A stretch of 64,000 nucleotides of DNA from a virus, in IMG/VR virus record IMGVR_UViG_3300025466_000012, positions 64,001 to 128,000 of that record. One strand, written 5' to 3'. The notes beneath the pieces were generated by a model, which was not told where the DNA came from, did not search any database, and saw only the letters and a list, made by a program, of their open reading frames with translations. Shown piece after piece: positions 8,996-18,929 of this stretch. Position numbers and translations under genes: made by a program. Every line of letters begins with the position of its first letter. Within the stretch, counting starts at the first letter, position 1.

Positions 8996-9293
8996 AAAGA
9001 TTGCGCAGAATCTCCAACGCCGCGGACACGGTGTGGGTATCCGAGTGGGTGTGCGCACCACTGGGTGTTCGGGCTTGGCCTATGTGTTGGAATATATAGA
9101 TGACATAACCAAGACTTCTGGGGCCATCGATCATGCTCATGACGATTTTGTCATAAGAATAGACCAACGTGATATTGCCTATCTCGAAGGCATGACCATA
9201 GACTATGTGCGTCAAGGACTCAACGAAGGATTTGAATTCGTGAATCCCAACGAACGGGATCGTTGCGGGTGTGGAGAAAGTTTTCGCGTATGA
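8967..9293 (+). CDS. iscA: A-type Fe-S carrier IscA (HesB family)
   Basis: VRTTGCSGLAY and FVNPNERDRCGCGESF motifs. Confidence 0.95.
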   Translation: MITVTDTASKKIAQNLQRRGHGVGIRVGVRTTGCSGLAYVLEYIDDITKTSGAIDHAHDDFVIRIDQRDIAYLEGMTIDYVRQGLNEGFEFVNPNERDRCGCGESFRV

Positions 9294-9958
9294 AAATCTG
9301 CATAGTAGGATTTCCTAGATCTAGAAGTAGTCTTCTTTTAGAAGCTATCGGAAATCATCATGGAATACCTATTTTGGGTCAAGACTTGGAACAGATTGTT
9401 AGCTTACCTAACATAGCCCCACACTCTGAGCAGTACATGAAATTGCTGGCTGGAATACTAACCAAACCGGTTGGAGTAATAAGATTACATCCTGCTCAGC
9501 TTGCATACAAAAAAATCATCTGCGAATTTGACCTGTTTAATTTTGAACAGTACACCCACATCTATCTAACTGCTAGACGGTGTATAGCAGATGCAATCAG
9601 CAGCAATTTGGTAGCCCGCCATCTAAATATGTGGAACTACAATCAAGATAATCCGTCTCTCGAATTTGTGGAGCCTATCGAACTAACCGAGCAATATCAC
9701 AAAGATGTAAAACATTATGTGTATAGCGAGCATATTATGGCCGAATTACAATCGTATTTCTTGAATAAAAATATTAAATTCACACAGTTATACTATGAGG
9801 ATATTCCAGAATTTGTTAGAGACAATCTTGGAAATACCGATGTGTCTCATGTGAAGACCAATTATCAATACAGTACCATAATTAAAAACTACAATAGCAT
9901 AATGCAGTTATACCATATCTACAAAGAACAGTTACAACAGTTGACATTGACGCAGTGA
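9290..9958 (+). CDS. sulfotransferase-like protein
   Basis: IVGFPRSRSSLL resembles the 5'-PSB loop (G.PRSGTS); LYYED motif. Confidence 0.55.
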   Translation: MKICIVGFPRSRSSLLLEAIGNHHGIPILGQDLEQIVSLPNIAPHSEQYMKLLAGILTKPVGVIRLHPAQLAYKKIICEFDLFNFEQYTHIYLTARRCIADAISSNLVARHLNMWNYNQDNPSLEFVEPIELTEQYHKDVKHYVYSEHIMAELQSYFLNKNIKFTQLYYEDIPEFVRDNLGNTDVSHVKTNYQYSTIIKNYNSIMQLYHIYKEQLQQLTLTQ

Positions 9959-9970
9959 TAGTGTTATAAT
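9941..9970 (+). promoter_or_regulatory. sigma70-type promoter, probably leaderless transcript
   Basis: TTGACA-18-TATAAT, ATG 6 nt downstream. Confidence 0.65.
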
Positions 9971-9976
9971 AACACA

Positions 9977-10693
9977 ATGTACAATCCTCGATTCAATTAC
10001 CAACCCATACCCAGAGAAACTGTGGATGGTCGACGCTTGTATGCCACACCCGATGGCGGTCGACTGCCCAGCGTGACTACCATACTGGAGGCCACCAAAC
10101 CTGAAGAGAAACGCCAGGCATTGCAAAACTGGCGCAATCGTGTGGGGCATACACAGGCACAGGCCATCACGACTGAAGCGGCCAATAGAGGCACCAGGAT
10201 GCACAAGTATCTGGAAGATTATACAAAAACAGGTGCCATTGCTGATCCTGGATCCAATCCTTATAGCCAACAAAGCCATACCATGGCACAGACTATTATA
10301 ACAAACGGTCTGTGCCACGTGAGCGAGGTCTGGGGCTATGAGGTTCCGCTGTATTTTCCTGGCATCTATGCCGGAACCACGGATGCCGCTGGTCTACATC
10401 TGTATCAACCGAGCATTCTGGATTACAAGCAGACCAACAAGCCCAAACGACGTGAGTGGATTGAGGACTATTTCTTGCAACTGTGTGCCTACGCCGAAGC
10501 GCACAATGCAGTACATGGCACCGACATACAAAAAGGTGTGGTACTCATGTGTGTCAAACCCGAGATGGATGACCAAGGTAACTTGATCACTCAGCCGCAA
10601 TATCAAGAATTTGTCATTGAGGGCGCCGAGTTTGAACTGTATCGCCAGCTATGGTGGCACAGGGTTGAACAGTACTATCTAGCGAATCACTGA
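9977..10693 (+). CDS. PD-(D/E)XK exonuclease
   Basis: LPSVTTIL, RGTRMH, EVPL...YAGTTD...ILDYKQ, QLCAYA motifs. Confidence 0.85.
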   Translation: MYNPRFNYQPIPRETVDGRRLYATPDGGRLPSVTTILEATKPEEKRQALQNWRNRVGHTQAQAITTEAANRGTRMHKYLEDYTKTGAIADPGSNPYSQQSHTMAQTIITNGLCHVSEVWGYEVPLYFPGIYAGTTDAAGLHLYQPSILDYKQTNKPKRREWIEDYFLQLCAYAEAHNAVHGTDIQKGVVLMCVKPEMDDQGNLITQPQYQEFVIEGAEFELYRQLWWHRVEQYYLANH

Positions 10694-10887
10694 TTGACTG
10701 GGACACCGCCCAGCACTTCGTTGCCGTCAGCATCGATGTCATTGGGTATGTCGATCTGATTGCCGCCTCGGCTGGCCACGATTCCGGCACCTACCAGTTG
10801 TTGCATCAAAAAATGCACTTTCATTTCTAGAGTTCTCATCGCTGAATCTGGATCGATTCTTTCATCTCTTTCCCAATAGCCTGCCAT
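10687..10887 (-). CDS. small hypothetical protein
   Basis: ATG 10887 with AGGAG SD (10893-10897) and reverse TAAATA (10910-10915). Confidence 0.6.
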   Translation of the reverse strand: MAGYWERDERIDPDSAMRTLEMKVHFLMQQLVGAGIVASRGGNQIDIPNDIDADGNEVLGGVPVNQ

Positions 10888-10953
10888 ACTGTCTCCTGTT
10901 TTGTCAGGATATTTAGCCCAAACTAAATACATCATAGACACAGAGGACAACAA

Positions 10954-11508
10954 ATGGCCATAGTACAGATCAGTCAGATCACCAATCGAAAAGGTTTACA
11001 ATCAGAATTGCCGCAACTGGCTGGTGCCGAGTTTGGATGGAGCACGGACACACGTCAGCTGTTTATCGGAAACGGTACCTTGCAAGACGGTGCTCCGGTC
11101 ATTGGTAATACCGAGATCTTGACCGAATACAGCAACATAGGTGCTTTGTTTTCTTCCACACAGAGTCAGTTCACGCAAGGCAGTTACACCAGGATCAACG
11201 GTCAAACTGTGACCCTGTTGGACAACACTGGGTCCGCAACCACGTTGTTCACGATAGACACAGTGCGTACACCCACTTTCAGTTTCGATTATTCGATTGC
11301 TAGATCAGGAGCCTATCGCGTGGGGACTTGGCGAGCGGCCGCAGCCGGATCGGCCACGCTGGCAACTGTGGATTCGGGCACTGAGAACACCAGTACCGGA
11401 GTCACGCTTGCTATCACACAGAATCTCACCACCATAACAGTAAGCTACACTACCACCAGTACCGGCAACAACGCGATACTCAACTATTCTATCTACTACC
11501 TGGCCTGA
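10954..11508 (+). CDS. short fibre/virion protein with Mtd-N-like N-terminal domain
   Basis: RKG...LAGAEFGWSTDTRQLFIGNG motif; T/S-rich beta C-terminus; TAAATA at 10924. Confidence 0.65.
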   Translation: MAIVQISQITNRKGLQSELPQLAGAEFGWSTDTRQLFIGNGTLQDGAPVIGNTEILTEYSNIGALFSSTQSQFTQGSYTRINGQTVTLLDNTGSATTLFTIDTVRTPTFSFDYSIARSGAYRVGTWRAAAAGSATLATVDSGTENTSTGVTLAITQNLTTITVSYTTTSTGNNAILNYSIYYLA

Positions 11509-11933
11509 TGTGGTCCACCAGCTTTCCTGAGCGTTTGGCCGGGTGGAAGAATCTCCGCATGACATGCCAAGATCTGGATGCTCGGACTGCACTAGAACAA
11601 ATCAATGCTTGGTGGTTTGGTACTCCGTGGCAACCGTATTATCTACACTGGGACGATGTAGAGACTTGGCCTGATCCGTGGGCTCTTTTGAGCGATGATG
11701 TGTATTGTGATCTTGCAAGAAGTCTTGGAATCATGTATACTATAAGCATGTTGGAACGTCAGGACCTTGCCGATGCCGAATTGATCATGTCACAAAATGG
11801 ACATAATTTAGTCTCGGTCGGTCAATCAAAATATATACTTAATTGGAGCCCGGACACAGTAGTAAATACTTCCTCCGATATACAGATACAACGAAGTCTC
11901 AAATTATCCGAGATCGCACAAAAATACGAATAG
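11508..11933 (+). CDS. hypothetical protein
   Basis: 141 aa; TGATG coupling. Confidence 0.7.
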   Translation: MWSTSFPERLAGWKNLRMTCQDLDARTALEQINAWWFGTPWQPYYLHWDDVETWPDPWALLSDDVYCDLARSLGIMYTISMLERQDLADAELIMSQNGHNLVSVGQSKYILNWSPDTVVNTSSDIQIQRSLKLSEIAQKYE

Positions 11934-11940
11934 AACAACA

Positions 11941-14265
11941 ATGAACCAAATCACCGTAGTAAAACGCAGTGGCCGTCGCGAACCATTGGATCTAGTCAAA
12001 TGGCAGGCACAGATAGCCAAGGTATGCCAAGGCATCGCCGACGTCAGCCAAAGCATGATTGAAATCAAAAGCCAGTTGCATTTTTATGATGGAATCACCA
12101 CCACGGAAATAGATGGAATCACGCTAAGAAGCATCGTGGATCTGATCGACGTAGAAAGCAATCCGGACATAGGCAATGTGAACTATCAGTATGTGGCTGG
12201 CAAACAACGACTCAGCATGCTGAGGAAAGATGTATATGGCAGCTATGATCCTCCGCATCTTTACGAAATCGTCAAACGCAATGTTGCTGTAGGCCTGTAT
12301 TCGTCCGAACTGCTGTCATGGTACAGCGAGGACGATTGGAACCGAATGAACGACATGATCGACCACGACAAGGACGAACTGTACGGATATGCTGCTATCG
12401 AGCAAATGATTGAAAAATATCTAGTGCGTAACAGAGCAACAAAGGAAATTTATGAAACTCCACAAGTTAGATACATGGTCGCGGCCGCTACTGTGTTTCA
12501 TGCCGAAGAACCCAACAACGCACGCCTGCGCTACATCAAGGAGTACTACAACTGTGCCAGTGACGGACTGTTCACTCTTGCCACTCCTGTGCTTGCAGGG
12601 CTTGGAACTCCTACTAAACAGTTTAGTTCATGTGTGCTTATACGTGCAGATGATGATCTGGATAGTATTTTTGCATCGGGCGAGATGATGGCCAAATATG
12701 CCAGCAAGCGTGCTGGCATTGGTCTAGAAGTGGGACGTCTAAGACCGCTGGGCAGTCCTATTCGTGGTGGCGAAATCATGCACACAGGCATGATACCGTT
12801 CCTGAAAAAATGGTTTGGTGATCTACGCAGTTGTAGTCAAGGTGGTATTCGCAATGCCAGTGCCACGGTGTTTTATCCCATCTGGCATCTACAGTTTGAC
12901 GATCTTATCGTGCTCAAAAACAACCAAGGTACCGAAGAGACTCGTGTGAGACACATGGACTATGGTGTGGTACTCAGCGCATTTTTCTGGCGTAGATTCA
13001 AGAACCGAGAGAATATTACATTTTTTGATCCCAATCAAGTGCCCGACCTGTATGAAGCTTTCTACAAAGACACTGCACGATTTGAAGAACTGTATGTGCG
13101 TTATGAGAAGCGGCAGGATCTACGTACCAAGACCATGGCAGCCGAGGATGTGTTCAAGGGTGGCATACTCAAGGAAAGAACTGACACCGGTCGAATCTAT
13201 CTGGTGTTCATCGACAACGTGCAACGTCAAGGACCGTTTGATCCTGAATTCCATACCATTTATCAGAGTAACTTGTGTATGGAGATCCTGTTGCCTACCA
13301 AGAGCTTCAAACGCTTAGACGATGACGAAGGCAGAATTAGTTTATGCACTCTTGGGTCGCTAAACTGGGGAGCATTTCGTAATCCAGAAGATATGCGTAG
13401 AGCAAATAGAATTTTGTTGCGTTCACTGAATAACATACTTGACTATCAAGACTTCTTATCTATTCAGAGTAAGTTAAGCAACGACGAGATTCGCCCTATT
13501 GGCATTGGTATTACTAACTTGGCCTATTGGCACGCTAAACGTGGATTAAAATACGGAACCCCGGAAGCATTAGCCGAAGTTAAAACTTGGACCGAACACC
13601 AAGCGTATTACTTAACAGAAGCTACTGTGGAACTTGCTAAGGAGCGAGGAGCTTGTTTACATTCTGCTAAAACACGATACGGACAAGGAATATTCCCGTG
13701 GGAATTAAGAGCCGCCGGAGTAAACGAACTTACTAACTTTACGCCAGAACTTGACTGGGAAGCATTACGTGAACAAATGAAACAATATGGTGTTCGTAAT
13801 GCCACTGTTATGGCTGTGGCACCTGTAGAATCAAGCAGTGTAGTAATCAACTCAACCAACGGCATTGAAATGCCCATGAGCCTTATTACCGTTAAAGAAT
13901 CAAAAGCAGGATCGCTCATCCAGGTGGCTCCTGAATACAACAAGTTAAAATCAAAATATCAACTTATGTGGGATCAGAAGGACTGTATTGAATATCTTAA
14001 AACCGCAGCTGTTATTGCGGCATACACGGATCAAAGCCTGAGTTCAAATACTTTCTATAATCCTGCACACTATCCAGATAGAAAAGTTCCTACTACATTG
14101 ATTGCCAAGAACTTGATGTTGGCCCATAAGTTTGGCCTCAAAACTCTATACTACTCACTAATAAACAAACAAGGTAGTAAAGGCCAAGATGACGAGGAAG
14201 CAACTGAATTGGAAGTGATTGATTTTGACGAATCTGAGGAGGATTGTGTGGCCTGTAAACTATGA
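11941..14265 (+). CDS. nrdA: class Ia ribonucleotide reductase alpha subunit
   Basis: ATP-cone VVKRSG; FSSC, QSNLCME, CTLG, APVESSS motifs; C-terminal CVAC. Confidence 0.98.
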   Translation: MNQITVVKRSGRREPLDLVKWQAQIAKVCQGIADVSQSMIEIKSQLHFYDGITTTEIDGITLRSIVDLIDVESNPDIGNVNYQYVAGKQRLSMLRKDVYGSYDPPHLYEIVKRNVAVGLYSSELLSWYSEDDWNRMNDMIDHDKDELYGYAAIEQMIEKYLVRNRATKEIYETPQVRYMVAAATVFHAEEPNNARLRYIKEYYNCASDGLFTLATPVLAGLGTPTKQFSSCVLIRADDDLDSIFASGEMMAKYASKRAGIGLEVGRLRPLGSPIRGGEIMHTGMIPFLKKWFGDLRSCSQGGIRNASATVFYPIWHLQFDDLIVLKNNQGTEETRVRHMDYGVVLSAFFWRRFKNRENITFFDPNQVPDLYEAFYKDTARFEELYVRYEKRQDLRTKTMAAEDVFKGGILKERTDTGRIYLVFIDNVQRQGPFDPEFHTIYQSNLCMEILLPTKSFKRLDDDEGRISLCTLGSLNWGAFRNPEDMRRANRILLRSLNNILDYQDFLSIQSKLSNDEIRPIGIGITNLAYWHAKRGLKYGTPEALAEVKTWTEHQAYYLTEATVELAKERGACLHSAKTRYGQGIFPWELRAAGVNELTNFTPELDWEALREQMKQYGVRNATVMAVAPVESSSVVINSTNGIEMPMSLITVKESKAGSLIQVAPEYNKLKSKYQLMWDQKDCIEYLKTAAVIAAYTDQSLSSNTFYNPAHYPDRKVPTTLIAKNLMLAHKFGLKTLYYSLINKQGSKGQDDEEATELEVIDFDESEEDCVACKL

Positions 14266-14498
14266 ACTATCAACAGATTTACACTAATCTAATAATAAGT
14301 AAAGCACAACGGGCTAATGGCGGTAATGGACCTGCTAAACACAAAGAAGAATCAAAAAACAAAACTAAAGCATCAATGAAATTAAAGCCGCGAGCTAATA
14401 AAGTATGTCCGCATTGTAAAAAAGAAGGCGGATTCTTATCAATGAGTCGTTGGCACTTTGACAACTGTAAGGAAAAATATGTCACGAGCGCAATATGA
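14262..14498 (+). pseudogene. internally deleted homing endonuclease remnant
   Basis: MNYQQIYTNLI N-terminus, NUMOD3-like HKEESKNK and CPHC..RWHFDNC tail retained; no nuclease motif. Confidence 0.65.
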
Positions 14499-15579
14499 TT
14501 TATCAACAAAAACAGATTATACACGCAGGAAAATGTTCCTCGATCCTGCTGGACCTGTCACAATACAACGGTTTGAAGAAATTAAATATCAAAAACTTGG
14601 TAAGTTTGAGCAGGAACAAAGAGGGTTCTTTTGGGTACCTGAAGAAGTATCGTTAACCAAAGATGCTAACGACTTTAAAGAGGCAAGTGACACAGTTCGT
14701 CATATCTTTACAAGTAATTTATTGCGACAGACTGCTTTAGATAGTTTGCAAGGTCGTGGTCCAGTGCAAGTGTTCAGTCCTGTATGTTCCATTCCTGAAC
14801 TCGAAGCACTGGTGATGGTGTGGTCGTTTATGGAAACAAACATTCACAGTCGCAGCTACAGTCATATCATTCGCAACATCTACAATGTGCCCAAGGACGA
14901 GTTCAATAGAATACACGACATCGAAGAGATAGTGGGCATGGCATCCAACATCGGAACTTACTATGATCGCTTGCACCGACTGAACAGCAACAAAGAAATA
15001 GAGCTCGACGTAGACGAACAGGAACACATCCGTGCTATCTGGTTGGCACTCAATGCCAGTTACGGGCTGGAAGCATTCAGATTCATGGTTAGCTTTGCTA
15101 CCAGCTTGGCCATGGTGGAGAATCGCATCTTTATTGGCAACGGCAACATCATCAGCTTGATCCTACAGGATGAGATCCTGCACAAGGACTGGACAGCTTG
15201 GATCATCAACCAAGTGGTCAAAGAAGATCCCAGATTTGCACAAGCACGCATCGACTGCGAGGAAGAAGTTTATGCCATGTACGCAGACGTGATACGAGAA
15301 GAAAAGGCCTGGGCCGACTATCTGTTCCAGAAAGGACCAGTAATTGGTCTCAATGCCAACATACTGAAAGATTTTGTAGATTTCATTGCTGTGGGTGCGC
15401 TAAAAGAAATTGGTATCAAGTATCGCTCACCGGCACCGCGTACTACGCCGGTGCCATGGTTCAACAAGCATGTGAACACATCAAACAAACAGACAGCGTT
15501 GCAAGAGTCAGAAAGCACCAACTATGTGATCGGAGTCATGAGTGATGTTCTAGATTACGACGCATTACCTGCGCTATAA
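14479..15579 (+). CDS. nrdB: class Ia ribonucleotide reductase beta subunit
   Basis: FFWVPEEV, LDSLQGR, ETNIHSRSY, LEAFRFMVSF, DEILH; C-terminal QESESTNY. Confidence 0.98.
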   Translation: MSRAQYDLSTKTDYTRRKMFLDPAGPVTIQRFEEIKYQKLGKFEQEQRGFFWVPEEVSLTKDANDFKEASDTVRHIFTSNLLRQTALDSLQGRGPVQVFSPVCSIPELEALVMVWSFMETNIHSRSYSHIIRNIYNVPKDEFNRIHDIEEIVGMASNIGTYYDRLHRLNSNKEIELDVDEQEHIRAIWLALNASYGLEAFRFMVSFATSLAMVENRIFIGNGNIISLILQDEILHKDWTAWIINQVVKEDPRFAQARIDCEEEVYAMYADVIREEKAWADYLFQKGPVIGLNANILKDFVDFIAVGALKEIGIKYRSPAPRTTPVPWFNKHVNTSNKQTALQESESTNYVIGVMSDVLDYDALPAL

Positions 15580-15599
15580 TAACTCAAAGGAGAACAAAA

Positions 15600-15824
15600 A
15601 TGAAAGCCATCGTATGGTCAAAGAATCACTGCCCCTATTGTGATCAGGCCAAAAACTTGCTGAAACTCAAAGGTATCGAATACGAAGAAAGAAACATCAA
15701 CCAAGGATGGGACCGCGAGGACCTCATGGCTGCTGTGCCCTCTGCCAGAACTGTGCCACAGATTTTTCTAGACGATAAATTAGTAGGTGGATTTAACGAA
15801 CTTCGACAACTTTTACAAGGATAG
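15600..15824 (+). CDS. glutaredoxin
   Basis: CPYC active site, TVPQIF, GGF. Confidence 0.95.
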   Translation: MKAIVWSKNHCPYCDQAKNLLKLKGIEYEERNINQGWDREDLMAAVPSARTVPQIFLDDKLVGGFNELRQLLQG

Positions 15825-15825
15825 C

Positions 15826-16122
15826 ATGCTTACTCTAGATCAAGTTTACACCATCAAGATAGCCAACGGTGACGAAATAGTGGCCAAGGTGGTCGCTGAA
15901 GATGTGGACACGTACACCGTGATCAGACCGCTCACGGTAATTCCCGGACGTGAAGGAATCAACATGGTCAACAGTTTATTCACAGTCGGCCCCGACGAAC
16001 CAGTCACTATAAATAAATCACAGGTGGCACTGTATGCTGTGGCCAGGCAAGAAGTATGCGACAGCTATCTAGAAGCCACCACTGGCATCAAGCCAGTGCG
16101 CAACAAGATCTTGATGGGATAA
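15826..16122 (+). CDS. Sm-like small protein
   Basis: TIKIANGDEIVAK pattern of T4-like Sm-fold ORFs. Confidence 0.5.
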   Translation: MLTLDQVYTIKIANGDEIVAKVVAEDVDTYTVIRPLTVIPGREGINMVNSLFTVGPDEPVTINKSQVALYAVARQEVCDSYLEATTGIKPVRNKILMG

Positions 16123-16123
16123 C

Positions 16124-16414
16124 ATGCCAGGCTTTGTACAACGTGTGGGTGATGCTGATGTGGGCGGAGGAGTGATTCTAACCGGCGAGCCCACTGTGTT
16201 GGTCAATTTTAGGCCCATAGCCACTGTGGGCAGTTTGGTCAGTCCACATCCTCCTTGCGGCCACCCGGGCGGTGCACTGCACTGTGCAGCCGTGACCACT
16301 ACCAACAGTCCTACCATCTTGGCCGGATTCCGTCCCATAACCACAGCTGGCACTATTGACACCTGCGGCCATCCGCGTGTGACTGGGGCCTTCACCGTCA
16401 TAGCAGGATTGTAA
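16124..16414 (+). CDS. PAAR-motif baseplate spike-tip protein
   Basis: RVGD, VLVNFRPIA, HPPC, TCGH motifs. Confidence 0.85.
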   Translation: MPGFVQRVGDADVGGGVILTGEPTVLVNFRPIATVGSLVSPHPPCGHPGGALHCAAVTTTNSPTILAGFRPITTAGTIDTCGHPRVTGAFTVIAGL

Positions 16415-16415
16415 A

Positions 16416-17378
16416 TTGACTGTCACTTACCTGACTGCACTGCAACTGGATGCCGCAGCCGGTCTGTTGCAAAACACAGGCCTTGCAGCCAATGCGGCCC
16501 TGACCACGGCCATTGGCACCTACAACAGCACCGATCCAATCGGCAATCTGCTGAGTACCTTGGCCAATTCGACCTTGGCCAATCTTTCCAATGTGACCAT
16601 ACAAAGTCTCGAGAGCCTGGCCAGCAACACCTGTCCGGCCTTGGCTGACAGCTTGCCCACCGGCTACACCACTCTGACCGTGGATACCACCTTGTTTACT
16701 GGACTGCTGAGCAACACAGCTACATTGTACATGGGTCAAGGGGATCTTACCAAATTTGCACAGGCCCTGAGCCAGGCACAAAGCTATGTGGATCTGACTG
16801 CGATCTTTGTCAATTCGGCCATCAATAGCCAGACCTATCTGGGCAACACATTTACCAGCATGAACAATACCATCACGGGTGATATCACCACAGTGAACTT
16901 GGCCACTCAGGCTTTTGGTCAGGATCTGGCCAATCTGGGAGACTTGATTAACTTGAACGATCTGGGCAATTTTGGCAGTCCGCTGGGTCTGATACAACAG
17001 ATATACAGTGTGACTGGCGCCATACCCAGTGTCAGTATCATGTTTGTGGCAGTGGGTATACCAGTCAACGTGGTACTTGGTCTTGTTGACCCCACAATCA
17101 GTGTCACTGACAGCATACAACGCCTCATGTACACTGCCATGCAACAGATCACCGGCAACGACCTAGCACAGATACTGAGTGTGTTAAAAGTGACCACTTT
17201 GGGTATCACGACCATGGCTGATCTACTGAATCCGATCAAGTTGTTCCCCAACAGCTATGCCAGTCTCACTGTCCCGGCCAAGGGCCAGCCACGACCCATC
17301 TATGTCAACAGCACTGCCAGCGTGGATCGGGCCCTGATCAACGAATTGCCATCCTACATAATAAACAGCCTCGCATGA
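16416..17378 (+). CDS. probable baseplate/tail protein
   Basis: TTG start; A/T/N/L-rich; follows PAAR gene. Confidence 0.6.
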   Translation: MTVTYLTALQLDAAAGLLQNTGLAANAALTTAIGTYNSTDPIGNLLSTLANSTLANLSNVTIQSLESLASNTCPALADSLPTGYTTLTVDTTLFTGLLSNTATLYMGQGDLTKFAQALSQAQSYVDLTAIFVNSAINSQTYLGNTFTSMNNTITGDITTVNLATQAFGQDLANLGDLINLNDLGNFGSPLGLIQQIYSVTGAIPSVSIMFVAVGIPVNVVLGLVDPTISVTDSIQRLMYTAMQQITGNDLAQILSVLKVTTLGITTMADLLNPIKLFPNSYASLTVPAKGQPRPIYVNSTASVDRALINELPSYIINSLA

Positions 17379-18325
17379 TACCCTACGATAGACTCAGCCA
17401 GATAGTACCAGCCGACCAGGCTCTGGCCTGCAAGGCCATCAGTGTGAGTCTGAACCAGATCGCCGGCATCACGACCATGACCTTGCCCAGCTTGGCCACT
17501 GTGGTCAGCGGCCAAGAGACCACTCGAGACTTGCCGTTAATTTCGGCCCTGACTGTGGCAGTACCGCCTGCGGTGGCCAATTATTTTACCAGCAACGTGG
17601 CTGTTGGAACAGGAACAGGAAACAGTATCGTGATCTGTGATGTTCTGGGCACCGCCAGCGGATTTGTCAGTGCCCCGGCTCTGGGCAATACCATATCTAG
17701 ATTCTCGACCATGGATCTTGCCAGTCTGACCACGATCTATTATACCATGGCGCAGGTGGCATCGGGCATTTGGACCACATTCGAACCGTTGAGTCCAACC
17801 GTCACGACCACCACTATCCCGGCAGGCTATCCGGCTGCCGGAACCTATGCCAGCCAAGACTTGGCCATACAGGCTCTGATACCCTTGGCCCAGGCCGAGA
17901 TTGCTGACCTGATCGTGCGATATCCCACGCAGACTTCGGCCATGAATACCGACTGGAACAACATGGCTACTCAGTTGACCTTGGAAAAACAGTTGCAGGC
18001 GCAAGCCGGACTGAATTTTGCCAATCTGGTGCCCAACAGTACCAGTTCCATGTACAGCTTTGTGTTCAACATGAACTCGTATGGAAATGATACACAGGTG
18101 GGTGGTCAAGCACAGCTGATCGAAGGTGTGGGCGATCTGACCACATTTACCGGTCAAGCCGTGATAGCTGCCATGCGAGAAGGTCGCAATCAGATTGGTT
18201 TGCAATCAGTGGGAATCACCACCAATGGTCCAATTCCGGCAGATCCAAATCCGCCTCCACTACAGGCCAATCTTATACCCAGCACCTACACAGCTCAACA
18301 AGCCGCAAATATAGTCGTTGTATAA
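17375..18325 (+). CDS. probable baseplate/tail protein
   Basis: ATGA overlap; similar composition to upstream ORF. Confidence 0.6.
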   Translation: MIPYDRLSQIVPADQALACKAISVSLNQIAGITTMTLPSLATVVSGQETTRDLPLISALTVAVPPAVANYFTSNVAVGTGTGNSIVICDVLGTASGFVSAPALGNTISRFSTMDLASLTTIYYTMAQVASGIWTTFEPLSPTVTTTTIPAGYPAAGTYASQDLAIQALIPLAQAEIADLIVRYPTQTSAMNTDWNNMATQLTLEKQLQAQAGLNFANLVPNSTSSMYSFVFNMNSYGNDTQVGGQAQLIEGVGDLTTFTGQAVIAAMREGRNQIGLQSVGITTNGPIPADPNPPPLQANLIPSTYTAQQAANIVVV

Positions 18326-18365
18326 AAACAACACTTTTCAAGCCCTGTTCGACGGGGTCAATTTT

Positions 18366-18407
18366 GGTTGACCAAAAACGCCCGTTCGGTTATAATAGTA
18401 GTATAGT
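18366..18407 (+). promoter_or_regulatory. early sigma70-type promoter module, copy 1
   Basis: GGTTGACC-17-TATAATAGTAGTATAGT. Confidence 0.9.
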
Positions 18408-18425
18408 AAACGAACGGAGTCAAAC

Positions 18426-18647
18426 ATGGACCAAATGACTAAACAAATTGAAGGTTGGGGCGAAGTGGGTATAGACTCAGAAGCCAGCCCAGGCAATGGT
18501 CGATACTATGTCAAGTGCTATGTCAACGGCCACGACACAGTGGGATTTGACACTGAAGAGGAAGCTCTACTAGAGTTAGAGTTTATAATTCAAGGCCTTA
18601 AAGCATACTCCGATCCGGGCAGGCATACCCAATTACGTTTTGGTTGA
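18426..18647 (+). CDS. early hypothetical protein
   Basis: SD GGAG; stop TGA lies within the next -35 box. Confidence 0.7.
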   Translation: MDQMTKQIEGWGEVGIDSEASPGNGRYYVKCYVNGHDTVGFDTEEEALLELEFIIQGLKAYSDPGRHTQLRFG

Positions 18648-18683
18648 CCAAAAATGCCATTTCGGTTATAATAGTAGTATAGT
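18642..18683 (+). promoter_or_regulatory. early promoter module, copy 2
   Basis: TTGACC 18644-18649, TATAAT 18667-18672. Confidence 0.9.
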
Positions 18684-18703
18684 TAAATTTTTAAGGAGCC
18701 CAA

Positions 18704-18925
18704 ATGTTTAATGCAAAACAAACCCAATTGATGAATACCTTGGGTATTGTAAGCGACGCAGATCGCGAGCGCATGTACGAAAATTACTGCGAAATCAAGT
18801 TCGAATTACAGGCCAACGGTATGAGATCATACAGTTCTTTCACCAGTTTCCTTGAGAAAAAAGTGCAATTTGCCCTGATGCGTGCCCGTGAAAATGCCGA
18901 TAAAACCCTGGCACAGCTGGCCTAA
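18704..18925 (+). CDS. early hypothetical protein
   Basis: SD AAGGAG. Confidence 0.7.
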   Translation: MFNAKQTQLMNTLGIVSDADRERMYENYCEIKFELQANGMRSYSSFTSFLEKKVQFALMRARENADKTLAQLA

Positions 18926-18929
18926 AAAC

